Part shown: positions 22,763 through 32,845 of the stretch, piece after piece
How positions within the stretch are numbered: position 1 is the stretch's first letter
Layout of the letters: each line of letters starts with the position of its first letter
Position numbers and translations under genes: made by a program
Assembly (NCBI GenBank): GCA_963771345.1
Contig: CAVYTH010000003.1
Span: forward strand, 53,495-117,494
DNA: 64,000 bases
Reading direction: 5' to 3'
Origin: an uncultured Actinomycetota bacterium
Lineage (GTDB): Bacteria; Actinomycetota; Actinomycetes; JACCUZ01
Notes under the pieces: model-generated
The model's database searches: none
What the model was told of the DNA's origin: nothing
What the model saw: the letters and a program-made list of their open reading frames with translations, nothing else

Positions 22763-23590
22763 TCACCCGCGGCCTCCAGCGGTGCCACCCCGCCGGCTGC
22801 CTTGGTCGTGCCGCGTCGTTCGAGGTAGACCGCGACCCGGGACAGGGTGAAGTTCACCGCGAGGTAGAGCGCCGCCGTCACGATGAACAGCGAGAAGATG
22901 TAGCGGCTGCCGAAGAAGTCGCGCAGCTCGCGGTTGACGCGGAGCAGCTCGACGTACCCGACGATGTAGCCGAGCGACGTGTCCTTGAGCAGCACCACGA
23001 GCTGGCTGACCAGTGACGGCAGCATCCGGCGCACGGCCTGCGGCATGCAGGATCAACCGCAACGTCTGACCCGGCGTCAGACCGATCGCCAGCGCCGACT
23101 CGCGCTGCCCGGCGGGCAGCGAGGTGATGCCGGCGCGGAGGATCTCGGCGATGACCGCGGTGTTGTAGAGCACCAGGCCGAGCACGACCGGCGCGGAAGA
23201 TCGAGAGTCGAGGGCGAGCGAGGAGAAGAACATCAGCAGGATGACGGGCAGGCCGCGGAACAACTCGATCCACACCACCGCGGGGATGCGGACCCATCGG
23301 TTCTCGGACATCCGTGCGACGGCGAGCAGTGGCCCGAGCGTGAAGGCCAGGGCTGCCGCGACTGCTGCCGCGCGCAGCGTGGCGCCCATCCCGCGCCGCA
23401 CCAGACGCCCTGAGCGCCTCGGTGTCCTCGGTGAAGATGTCCCACCGGTCGGCGTCGAAGATGCCGTTGGACGCGAGCCGGAGACCTGCCAGCACCAGCA
23501 GGGCCAGCAGCACCGCACCGGCGACGACCGACCACACCGCGTCCGTCGGCGGGCCCGCGGACCGGGGGTGTCGAAGAGCACGACGCTCAT
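22763..23590 (-). pseudogene. Amino-acid ABC transporter permease (gluD-like), frame-disrupted as sequenced
   Basis: ATG 23590 overlaps the upstream permease stop (ATGA). Pieces: MSVVLFDTPGP / AVWSVVAGAVLLALLVLAGL / RIPAVVWIELFRGLPVILLMFF / VLGLVLYNTAVIAEILRAGITSLPAGQRESALAIGLT / MLPSLVSQLVVLLKDTSLGYIVGY. The natural stop is unclear: one frame reads through to 21451 and another stops at 22763. Confidence 0.75.
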
Positions 23591-24236
23591 CGGGCGAACG
23601 CCACCTTGCGCTCGAGCCGGCCGGCCAGGATGCCCGGCCGGGATGGTGATGAGGAGGTAGAAGACGGCGATCCCGAGCAGGATCACGACGACGTCGGCCG
23701 GGTTGTCGGTGGTCAGCCGGATGCCGACGGCCATCAGCTCGGTGACGAAGAAGCCGACCGCGACCGACGTGTTCTTGGTGAGCGCGATGAAGACGTTGAT
23801 CAGCGGCGGGACGACGGTGCGCAGGGCCTGCGGCAGCACGACCTGGCCCAGCGTCTGGGTGAACGTCAGCCCGATCGCGCGGGCGGCCTCGGCCTGCCCG
23901 ACTCCGACGCTGTTGATGCCGGAGCGGACCGCCTCGCAGACGAAGGCCGCCGTGTACAACGACAGCGCGACGAAGGCGGACGGCGTCGAACGGCAGCATG
24001 ATGCCCGAGCTGCGGAGCGCGAAGACGAAGAAGAAGAAGACCAGGGTCAGCGGGGTGTTGCGGGCCAGCTCCACGTAGACCGTGCCGAAGCCGCGCAGGG
24101 TCGGCACCGGCGAGACCCGGAAGGCGCCGAGCAACGTGCCGAGCACCAGCGCGAACGCCCCGGAGACCAGCGTGAGGCGCAGGGTCGTCCGGAAGCCGTC
24201 GCGCAGCAGCGGCAGGTTGTCCAGCAGCGCGTCCAC
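23587..24236 (-). pseudogene. Amino-acid ABC transporter permease (gluC-like), frame-disrupted as sequenced
   Basis: The N-terminus MDALLDNLPLLRDGFRTTLRLTLVSGAFALVLG...YVELARNTPLTLVFFF is in ORF 22878..24236. The middle part YTAAFVCEAVRSGINSVGVGQAEAARAIGLTFTQTL...ALTKNTSVA is in ORF 22763..23959. The end ILAGRLERKVAFAR* is in a third frame. Confidence 0.75.
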
Positions 24237-24313
24237 GCGCTCACCTCCTCACCCTCGACGGACGCGGGGTGGGCGACCGCTCGCACGGTGGCCCACCCCG
24301 TCGTGCCCTGCTC

Positions 24314-25181
24314 TCAGTACCGGTCGACCGTCGGCGGCTCCGGTGTCTCCAGGACCTCGCCGGCGTGGCCTCCCAGGCGTCCGCCCAGGAGCCGTCCTCG
24401 AACGACTCCTCGAGCACGTCGTTGATGAAGGTGCGGAAGGCCGTGTCGTCCTTCTTCAGGCCGATGCCGTACGGCTCCTCGGTGAACGGCTCCCCGACGA
24501 GCTTGAAGTCGCCCTCGTTCTGGTCGACGAAGCCGGCGAGGATGACGTTGTCCGTGGTGACGGCGTCGACCTGGTCGTTGCGCAGCGGCTCGAGGCAGTT
24601 GCTGTAGCGCGTCGGTCAGCTCGAGCTTGACGTCGGGGTAGTTCTCCTCGATGTTCTCGGCCGGCGTGGAGCCCTCCACCGAGCAGACCGTCTTGCCGGC
24701 GAGGTCGTCCGGCCCGTTGATGTCGGTGTTGTCTTCCTTGACCATGATGGCCTGGCCGGCGACGAAGTACGGCCCGGCGAAGTCGACGACTCCTTGCGGT
24801 CGTCGTTGATCGTGTAGGTCGCCACGACGATGTCGACCTTGCCGTCCTGGATGAACGGCTCGCGGTTCGCCGACACCGTCTCGACCCACTTGATCTTGTC
24901 GTCGGCGATGCCCAGCTTGGCCGCGATCAGCTTGCCGATCTCGACGTCGAAGCCCTCCGGCTCGCCGCTCGGGCCCGCAGCCCGAACAGCGGCTGGTCGA
25001 ACTTCGTGCCGACCGTGATCGTGCCCTGTGTCGGCGATGCTTGGCCATCGTCGTGCCGGCCTCGAACTGCGCGTCGTCCTCGGCGCGGTCGTCGCGGCGT
25101 CGTCGTCACCGCCGCACGCGGCGAGGGCGAGGGTGAGGGCGGCCGCGGTCGGCGAGCGCCCTCCAGTCGTCGTACGGACAT
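24314..25181 (-). pseudogene. Amino-acid ABC transporter substrate-binding lipoprotein (gluB-like), frame-disrupted as sequenced
   Basis: ATG 25181 follows GGAAAGGA. Pieces: MSVRRLEGAR..., TITVGTKFDQPLFGL, ANREPFIQDGKVDIVVATYTINDDRKE, VDFAGPYFVAGQAIMVKEDNTDINGPDDLAGKTVCSVEGSTPAENI, ending ...EVLETPEPPTVDRY*. Several frame changes. Confidence 0.75.
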
Positions 25182-25203
25182 GGGTGAGTCCTTTCCTAGT
25201 GCA

Positions 25204-26017
25204 TCAATGGCTGAGGATCTTGGACAGGAAGTCCTTGCCGCGCTCGCTCTGCGGCGCGGTGAAGAACGTCGTCGGGGTCGGCCTCCTCGACGATGCGGCC
25301 GTCGGTCCATGAACACGACCCGGTTCGCGGCCGCGCCGGGCGAAGCCCATCTCGTGGGTGACGACGACATCGTCATGCCGTCGCGGGCGAGCTGCGATCA
25401 TCACGTCGAGCACCTCGTTGATCATCTCGGGGTCGAGCGCCGAGGTCGGCTCGTCGAAGAGCATGACCTTCGGGTCCATCGCCAGCGCCCGGGCGATCGC
25501 GACCCGCTGCTGCTGGCCGCCGGAGAGCTGGGCCGGCATCTTGCTCGGCCTGGTCGGCGATGCCCGACCCGCTCGAGCAGCTCACGCCCGCGCTTCTCGG
25601 CGTCGGCCCGGCTGACGCCTGCGCACCTTGATCGGCCCGAGCGTGACGTTGTCCAGCACGGTCTTGTGGGCGAACAGGTTGAACGACTGGAAGACCATGC
25701 CGACGTCGGCAGCGCAGCCGGGCCAGCGCCTTGCCCTCCTCCGGCAGCGGCTCGCCGTCGAGCAGTGATCGTGCCGGAGTCGATCGGCTCGAGCCGGTTG
25801 ATGGCGCGGCACAGCGTCGACTTGCCCGAGCCGGAGGGCCCGATGACGACGACGACCTCGCCGCGGTCGACGGTGAGGTCGATGTCGCTGCAGGACGTGC
25901 AGCGTCGCCGAAGTACTTGTTGACCTTCTCCATCACCACCAGCGGTGCGCCGATCGGGCTGGTCGGAGACGGGTCGGAGCTCTCCGCCGCTTCGTCGGTC
26001 CCGGAACCGCTCGTCAT
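25204..26017 (-). pseudogene. Amino-acid ABC transporter ATP-binding protein (gluA-like), frame-disrupted as sequenced
   Basis: Walker [18 protein letters not shown]-loop [19 protein letters not shown], signature [21 protein letters not shown], Walker [16 protein letters not shown]-loop [11 protein letters not shown]. These are spread over ORFs 25373..26017, 25422..26183, 25582..25812 and 25204..25539. Confidence 0.85.
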
Positions 26018-26138
26018 GCAGCAGAAATCTAGCGGGGGTGACCGGACAAAGCCACCGCACTGCGGTCGAATCGGCCGATCGCGATCCGTTCGTGTTCACC
26101 TGTTTGTCCACTGACTTCAAGTGAAATAGGGTGCGGTT

Positions 26139-27076
26139 ATGAGCGCAAGCACGACCGTCGACCGGCCGACCGCTGCCGACCACCCGTTCGAGGACATCGC
26201 CACCGCCGTTGTGGTGGTCGCTCCCGAGGAACCCGGCGGCCCGGGGTCGTGGGCGGGAGGCCCGTCCGCCCTGCGCGTGGGGGAGGACATCTACCTCGCC
26301 TACCGGCTGCGCCGTCCCGTCGGTCAGGGCCGTGGCTACGCAACGTCGTCGCCCGCTCCGCCGACGGCGTGCGTTTCACGACCGTCGCGACGATCGGCAA
26401 GGACGCCCTCGGCGCCGAGTCGCTGGAGCGGCCTGCGCTCGTCCGCACCGACGACGGCCGCTGGCGGCTGTACGTCAGCGTCGCCACGCCGGGGACCAAG
26501 CACTGGCGGGTCGTCCTGCTCGAGGCCGAGCACCCCGGAAGGGCTGGCCACGCGCCGAGCGCCGTCACCGTGATGCCCGGCAGCGACCTGCTCGCCGTGA
26601 AGGACCCGGTGCATCGTCCGGCACGACGGCCGCTGGCACGCGTGGGCCTCCTGCCACCCGCTGGACGACCCGAGGCGACCGACCGGATGACCACCGAGTA
26701 CGCGACCAGTGACGACGGCGTCTCGTGGACCTGGCACGGCACCGCGCTCGCCGGCCGGCCGGGGAGTGGGACGCCCGCGGCGTGCGGGTCAGCTGCCGTC
26801 CGCTCGACGGGCCACGACCGCTCGCCTGCGTACGACGGGCGCGCCACCGCGGAGCAGAACTGGGAGGAGCGGACCGGCCTGGCGACCGCTCGACGGCCCC
26901 GGCCAGCTGACCGCCGTGGGCGGCGGGCCGGTCGGCAGTCTCGCCCGACGGCCTGGGCGGCCTGCGCTACGTCAGCTTCGTCAGCCTCGCTGACGGCAGC
27001 ACCCGGTTCTACGTCGAGGTGACCCGGCCCGACGGTGCGCACGACCTGCGCACGGTGCTCGTGAGGGGCGCCCTGA
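26139..27076 (+). pseudogene. Hypothetical beta-propeller/glycosidase-like protein, frame-disrupted as sequenced
   Basis: Pieces: [31 protein letters not shown]...[16 protein letters not shown] / [64 protein letters not shown] / TTEYATSDDGVSWTWHGTAL / YDGRATAEQNWEERTGLA / STRFYVEVTRPDGAHDLRTVLV. At least 4 frame changes. The end is probably TGA 27074-27076. Confidence 0.5.
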
Positions 27077-28130
27077 TGGACCCCAGCCCTCCCCGACTTC
27101 TTCGTCATCGGCGCCCCCAAGTCGGGCACCACGGCCCTGCACGTCGCCCTGGCCCGGCACCCGCAGCTGTTCATGTCGCGGGTCAAGGAGCCCAAGCACT
27201 TCCTGACCGACGGCCCGCCGCCGACCGGTGGCGGCCCCGGCGACGCGAAGACGTTCCGCGAGTACGTCTGGCAGCGCAAGGACTACGAGGCGCTGTTCGA
27301 CCAGGCGCCCGAGGGCACCCTGCGCGGCGAGTCGACGCCGTTCTACCTGCACGACCACGAGGCGCAGAAGCGCATCCTGGACGCCGTCCCGGACGCGCGC
27401 ATGATCGCGCTGCTGCGCGACCCGATCGACCGGGCGCACTCCAACTGGACGCATCTGTGGTCGGCCGGCCTCGAGCCCGAGGGCGACTTCCTGCAGGCCT
27501 GCGCGCTGGAGGACCGGCGGGCGGCCCGGGGCTGGGCGCCGTTCTGGCGCTACCTCGAGCTCGGCCGGTACGGCGAGCAGCTGCAGCGGCTCTACCAGGT
27601 CGTGCCGCGGGAGCAGGTGCTGGTGCTGCGCTACCGCGACCTGCGCGAGCGCCCGGTCGAGGCGCTGGACGTGATCTTCGGCTTCCTCGGCGTGGAGACC
27701 GGCGCGGTCGACGAGATCCCGGCCGAGAACGTCACGACCCACGTCACCGACAGCCGGCGCAACCGGCTCATCTCCGGTGCGCTGCGGGTCGGGTCCCGAG
27801 CCGGTCACGGGCGGCTCTCGCCGGCCTGGCGGCCGGTCGCCGACTGGCTGTCGCGGCACCTGCAGCGGGAGCAGAACCTGCGCCGGCCGCTGCAGCGCGG
27901 CCAGCGGGAGGCGCTGCTGCCGCAGGTGGCCGCCGACGTACGGCTGCTCGAGGAGGTGACCGGCGACCCGTACGACGACTGGCTGGACGGCGGGCACGCC
28001 CAGCGGCGGGCGTCGTTGCGGCCGGTGGGCAAGATCGGGACCGGCTACCGCAGCATCGACGACCCGTTCGGCGAGGCGCAGGTGCTCGACGGCGCAACGA
28101 TCGTCCCCGCAAATGAACCGCCGCAACTGA
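27076..28130 (+). pseudogene. Sulfotransferase-family protein, frame-disrupted as sequenced (3' end uncertain)
   Basis: ATG 27076 (MDPSPP), then an extra base in the C-run 27091-27094, then ORF 27173..28321. Motifs: PDFFVIGAPKSGTTALH (PAPS 5'-phosphosulfate loop) and LLRDPIDRAHSNW. The listed frame runs to 28321 through low-GC, non-coding-looking DNA, while the other two frames stop at 28116 and 28130. Confidence 0.7.
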
Positions 28131-28339
28131 CCCTGCAGAGCGACTGCGGATATCGTCGTGGGAGCGCGCCCGGACCACTCCCGGACGCGGTGAGAGTCAA
28201 GCCGGGCAAAGGATTACGCCTGCTGCGGATTTCGTCGTATTGGCGTCTTCCGCCAGGCGACTTGCCGGGCTACCCTCGGGGCGGCGCTGAAGCAGCTGGC
28301 GTCCTCGGCACCCCGCCGTAGACCCACGTGGGGGCACAG

Positions 28340-28723
28340 ATGATCAGTCTTCTCGACCCGCACGTCGTCGGCCCGCACACGGTCGTCGGCGTCACCGGTG
28401 AGCTCGACGTCGCCACGGCGTCGACGATGCGCGACATCCTGCTCGGCCTGCTGAACCGCGGCGTCGACAGCCTCGTGGTCGACCTGCGCGGCGTCACGTT
28501 CATCGACTCCACCGGGGTCGGCAGCCTGCTGCGGGTCTACCACCGGCAGGGCCTGCTCGGTGGTCAGGTGCACTTCGTCGCCGACCACGACGCCGTGCTG
28601 CGGGTGCTCGACCTGATGCAGCTGACCCGTCGCCTGCACGTCACCGCGTCGGTGGCCGACATCGTCACCTGCTGCCCGCCCGAGCCCCGGGTCGACCTCC
28701 GGCCGCGGGTCGCGTCGCTCTGA
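28340..28723 (+). CDS. STAS-domain anti-sigma-factor antagonist (SpoIIAA-like)
   Basis: ORF 28328..28723. Contains VVGVTGELDVATASTMRDILLGLLNRGVDSLVVDLRGVTFIDSTGVGSLLRVY. No partner anti-sigma kinase is nearby. Confidence 0.8.
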   Translation: MISLLDPHVVGPHTVVGVTGELDVATASTMRDILLGLLNRGVDSLVVDLRGVTFIDSTGVGSLLRVYHRQGLLGGQVHFVADHDAVLRVLDLMQLTRRLHVTASVADIVTCCPPEPRVDLRPRVASL

Positions 28724-28860
28724 CCGGTCTGACTGGTCCGCCGGCCGACTGCGCAGGGTGACCGCCTGCTGAACACCGAACCGCCCGATTTCGTCGATCG
28801 GCCACGCACTGTTACACCCTCGCCCTAGCCTGGCACTCGCCAGCCGCAGGAAGAGGGAGC

Positions 28861-29496
28861 ATGGACACGCAGGACACCACGCGGGCGCCGCAGCTCGTCG
28901 AGGCGCCCGAGATCGTCGTCTCCGGGGCTCCCGACCGGCCGGCCGTCGATCGTCCGGTGATCCTCGGGTCCGAGAGCCGTTCCCGCGGCCTCGTCCGGCC
29001 GGACCCGCCTGCGCCGCGCGGTGCAGCTGGGCGTCGCGCTGGGCCTGGTCCTCGCCGTCGCGGGTGCCGGCTGGCTGGCCCTCGGCGGTTCCGGCGAGGA
29101 CGACGTCGCCACCGACCGCGTCCCAGCCGACGGCTCGGCTGCCGACGAGCCGGGCGGTCATCGCACCGCTCACCCTGCAGGTCGACGCCCCCACGGCGTC
29201 GCAGGCCGGGCAGCCGGCCGAGCTCGTGGTGGACTACCAGGACGGCAAGGGCGCCTTCAGCGGGTCCACCGAGGACTGGGGCGACGGCGTCGGGACGAGC
29301 TCGCTCGCCCAGGGCCGCTGCACGGCTGCCGGCCCGCCGGCGGACCCGACCAGCGGTTCCTACCGCGCGACCCACACCTGGGCCGAGCCGGGCAGCTACA
29401 CCGTGAGCATCGGGGTGTCGTCGTACACCTGCGTCGACGGTGCGGCCGTGGAGGAGCAGGCCAGCACGACCGTCACGGTGGTCGTCAGGCCCCTAG
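28861..29496 (+). pseudogene. Membrane-anchored PKD-like domain protein, frame-disrupted as sequenced
   Basis: Pieces: MDTQDTTRAPQLVEAPEIVV... / TM helix LGVALGLVLAVAGAGWLALGG (ORF 29021..) / PAELVVDYQDGKGAFSGSTEDWGDG...SYRATHTWAEPGSYTVSIGV (ORF 29064..). The probable stop is TAG 29494-29496, reached after one more extra C. Confidence 0.55.
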
Positions 29497-29924
29497 GTCT
29501 GCGGCCGGGCCGGCGGCTCGGCGAACCGGAACGGCTTCGGCGGCGCGCCGAGCGTGGCGCGCGGGCACCTGGTCAGGTCGAGGTCGCCGAAGTCGAGCGC
29601 CTCGTCGCACAGCGACGTGACCGTCCAGCCCTGATCGGTGCCGAACCGGGTGACGGTGACGCGGTAGATCGTGATCTCGTAGCGGGTCGGGGTGCCGTAG
29701 GCGACCTGGATGGTGCCGATGAGCTCGGCGCCCCCGGGGACCCCGTAGCTCTCCCAGGACCGGTCGTAGCGGCTCCACAGCGAGGGCTCCGACTGCCAGA
29801 CCCCGCCGTTCTGCACGTCGCGGAGGGCGAGCTCGACCAGCACGGCGCGGGCCGACTCCTCGGGGATGATCGCCGCAGGGCGGATCACCTCCGACACGAC
29901 ACCTTCGTCGTACGCCTCTGCCAT
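29493..29924 (-). CDS. Hypothetical protein
   Basis: In-frame ATG 29924 of ORF 29493..30221. Sequence MAEAYDEGVVSEVIRPAAIIPEESARAVLVELALRDVQNGGVWQSEPSLWSRYDRSWESYGVPGGAELIGTIQVAYGTPTRYEITIYRVTVTRFG. Codon bias is good. Confidence 0.6.
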   Translation of the reverse strand: MAEAYDEGVVSEVIRPAAIIPEESARAVLVELALRDVQNGGVWQSEPSLWSRYDRSWESYGVPGGAELIGTIQVAYGTPTRYEITIYRVTVTRFGTDQGWTVTSLCDEALDFGDLDLTRCPRATLGAPPKPFRFAEPPARPQT

Positions 29925-30184
29925 GAGCAGCTCGGGGTTGTGCACGGATCGCCTCTCGTCGCGGCTCGGAGCCTGCAGGGGTTCTATCGGCGCGACCCGG
30001 CTCGGACTACAGGGGGATGCGGCCTCGACCTGACAGCGACCCGGACTCGGCCGTTCGGAGTAGCCCTCCTGGTGCGGAAGTGACGCCTGTGGCATCATGC
30101 CGGAGAGAACGTCGCGCGGGACCCGTCCCGCTCGCTCGAGGCCGCTGGGGAAGGCGCACCTCGCGTCGAGCAAGGGAGGTACTC

Positions 30185-30683
30185 GTGGCGACTCGTGGCG
30201 TTGTCTACGTCCATTCCGCACCGCCTGCGTTGTGCCCGCACATCGAGTGGGCCGTCGGCGGTGTTCTCGGCGTGCGCGTGACCCTCGACTGGACCCCGCA
30301 GCCGGCCGCGCCGGGCACCGTGCGCGCCGAGCTGTCCTGGCAGGCCGAGGCCGGCAGCGGTGCCCGCCTCGCCTCCGCCCTGCGCGACTGGATGCACCTG
30401 CGCTTCGAGGTCACCGAGGAGCCCAGCGCGGGCGCCGAGGGGGAGCGGTGGTCCGCCACGCCCACGCTCGGCCTGTTCCACGCCACCACCGGCGTCCACG
30501 GCGACATCCTGGTCCGCGAGGACCGGCTGCGCGCCGCCCTGGCCCGGGCGGCCGACCGACCCGGCCACCACGGTCGTCGAGGAGATGCAGGCGCTGCTCG
30601 GCAAGGCCTGGGACGACGAGCTCGAGACCTTCCGGTACGCCGGTGACGGCGCGCCCGTCCGCTGGCTGCACCAGGTGGTCTGA
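30185..30683 (+). pseudogene. DUF3145-family protein, one apparent frameshift
   Basis: GTG 30185 follows GGGAGG. VATRGVVYVHSAPPALCPHIEWAVGGVLG...LSWQAEAGSGARLASALRDWMHLRFEVTEEPS is in ORF 30017..30646. The end VVEEMQALLGKAWDDELETFRYAGDGAPVRWLHQVV* is in ORF 30360..30683. The frame change is around 30550-30565. Confidence 0.75.
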
Positions 30684-30701
30684 CCCCCGCCGTTCACGAG
30701 A

Positions 30702-30782
30702 TGATCACGTCAGCGTGATCACCAGTCGCTGGGTGCGGTGAGCTGCCGCACCCAGCAAGCGTTGATCACGTCAGCGTGATCA
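30702..30782. promoter_or_regulatory. Composite palindromic element: two identical 20-bp perfect palindromes flanking a 10-bp-stem hairpin
   Basis: TGATCACGTCAGCGTGATCA occurs at 30702-30721 and again at 30763-30782. Between them lies ctgggtgcgg-tgagctg-ccgcacccag (30729-30755). The element sits between the DUF3145 stop and the GH3 gene. Confidence 0.6.
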
Positions 30783-30811
30783 ACCGTTGACCCGGGCGAC
30801 CGTATTGGCAG

Positions 30812-30845
30812 TAACTTCCGAAATGTCCCGATAGTTCGGAAGTTA
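30812..30845. promoter_or_regulatory. 11-bp perfect inverted repeat (candidate operator) upstream of the GH3 gene
   Basis: taacttccgaa-N12-ttcggaagtta lies in an AT-richer stretch about 27 nt upstream of GTG 30872. Confidence 0.45.
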
Positions 30846-30871
30846 TCTCCTACGGCCCTCGGAGGCCCCCG

Positions 30872-32737
30872 GTGACGTCCCTCTCCCACGCCCGCCCCGC
30901 AGTCCGCCGCCCAGGACACCCACGCCGCCGAGAGGCCGCCGCGCTGGTCGCGGCTGCCGCGCTGGTCCTCGGTGCCGTCGCGACACCTGCCACCGCCGCG
31001 GACACGGCGCCGAGGTCAGGGCCTCCGGTGTCCCACCCGAAGCCGCCTCCGCCGCCGGACCCCGAAGGGCCGCTGGATCGCCGAGACGATCAAGGAGATG
31101 AGCGTCGAGGAGAAGGTCGGGCAGCTGTTCTCGACCCACGTCTACGGCAACACCGTCGACTCGTACGACGCCAACAACGTCGCGGAGTTCGGGCTGGGGA
31201 CGCCGCGCGAGATCATCGAGAAGTACCACCTCGGCGGGGTCCTCTACTTCGCCTGGACGCACAGCGTGGACAACCCGAAGCAGGCCGCGGGCCTGTCCAA
31301 CGGCATCCAGCAGGTGTCGACGTCCACCGGCGCCAAGGTGCCGCAGCTGATCTCCATCGACCAGGAGGGCGGCCTGGTCGCCCGGGTGCTCGAGCCGGCC
31401 ACCCAGACCCCCGGCGCGATGGCCCTCGGCGCGACCCGCGACGTGCAGCGGCACCCGCGACCTCGCGGCCATCCAGGGCACCGAGCTCGCGGCGATGGGC
31501 ATCACGCAGAACTTCGCGCCGGTGGCGGACGTCAACGTCAACCCGGCCAACCCGGTGATCGGCGTCCGGTCCTTCGGCAGCGACCCCGACCTGGTCGCCG
31601 CGCTGACGGCAGCGCAGGTCCGCGGGTACGAGGACGACGCCGGCATCTCGTCCACCGCGAAGCACTTCCCCGGGCACGGCGACACCGCGACCGACAGCCA
31701 CTACGGATTCCCGGTCATCACCCACACGCGGCAGGAGTGGGAGACGATCGACAAGCCGCCGTTCCAGGCCGCGATCGACGCGGGGATCGACACGATCATG
31801 ACCGCGCACATCCAGGTGCCCGCGCTCGACCCGTCCGGCGACCCGGCCACCCTGTCCAAGCCGATCATCACCGGCGTCCTGCGCGGTGAGATGGGCTACG
31901 ACGGCGTCGTCGTCACCGACTCGCTCGGGATGGCGGGCGTCCGCGAGAAGTACGGCGACGACCGGGTGCCCGTGCTGGCGCTCAAGGCGGGCGTCGACGT
32001 GCTGCTCAACCCGCCCGAACATGGCGGTGGCGTACAAGGGCGTCCTGGACGCCGTCGCCTCCGGCGAGCTGACCCAGAAGCGACTCGACGAGTCGCTGCG
32101 CCGGGTGCTGGACCTCAAGTGGCGCAACGGGGTCGTCCACGACCCGTACGTCGACCCCGAAGCCGTGATGGCCACGGTCGGCACACCGGCGCACCTGGCG
32201 CGGGCGCAAGAGGTGACCGACGAGTCGCCGACGGTTCTCGCGAACGACGCGAGCACGTTGCCGATGACCGCCGCCGGCCAGGACGTGCTCGTCACGGGCT
32301 ACGGAGTCGCGACCAAGCAGACGCTGGCCGACGACATCAGCCGCCGCGGCGCGACTGCCAAGATCGCAGCGACGGGCACCAACCCGACCCAGGCCGAGAT
32401 CGACAACGCGGTCGCCCAGGCCAAGACCAGCGACGTCGCCGTGGTGCTGACGATGAACGCGGCGACGTCCTCGGGCCAGGCCGCGCTGGTGCGGGCACTG
32501 CAGGACAGCGGGACGCCCGTCGTGGTCGCCGCGGTCCGCAACCCGTACGACATCGCCGAGTTCCCGGACGTCCCGACGTACGTCGCGACGTACTCCTACA
32601 AGGACATCGCTCTGGAGTCGCTGACCAAGGTGCTGTTCGGTGAGGTCTCGCCGAGCGGCAAGCTGCCGGTCGACGTACCGACCAAGGCCGACCCGTCGCA
32701 GGTGCTGTACCCGTTCGGCTCCGGGCTGACCTGGTGA
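30872..32737 (+). pseudogene. Glycoside hydrolase family 3 (beta-N-acetylhexosaminidase-like) secreted protein, frame-disrupted as sequenced
   Basis: The signal peptide is in ORF 30872... IKEMSVEEKVGQLF...LISIDQEGGLVARV is in ORF 30972... NFAPVADVN...SFGSDP...KHFPGHGDTATDSH...VVVTDSLGMAGV is in ORF 31495... The C-terminal domain ending ...LFGEVSPSGKLPV is in ORF 31886..32737. At least 3 frame changes. Confidence 0.85.
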
Positions 32738-32845
32738 GGGCCGGCCGCGTCGGCGCCCTCACGAGCTGCCTGGCCTCGGCTCGTCCTGCTGGCCGGTACG
32801 GCCGTCACCCCCGCCGTCGCGGCCCCGCACCCGGGGCCGCGGGAC

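Noticed and set aside
27019-28116. ORF 27019..28116(+), 365 aa, as a gene overlapping the sulfotransferase.
   Set aside because: Only its first 20 or so codons (TRPDGAHDLRTVLV) are protein-like, and they belong to the end of the upstream gene. The rest is an Arg/Ala/Pro shadow of the sulfotransferase frame.
30181-30200. Tandem 10-nt duplication, actcgtggcg actcgtggcg, at the DUF3145 start.
   Set aside because: With both copies present, the reading GTG GCG ACT CGT GGC GTT gives VATRGV, which is the expected family N-terminus. Removing a copy breaks the frame. It is a coincidental repeat of the RBS spacer plus coding sequence, not a duplication event.
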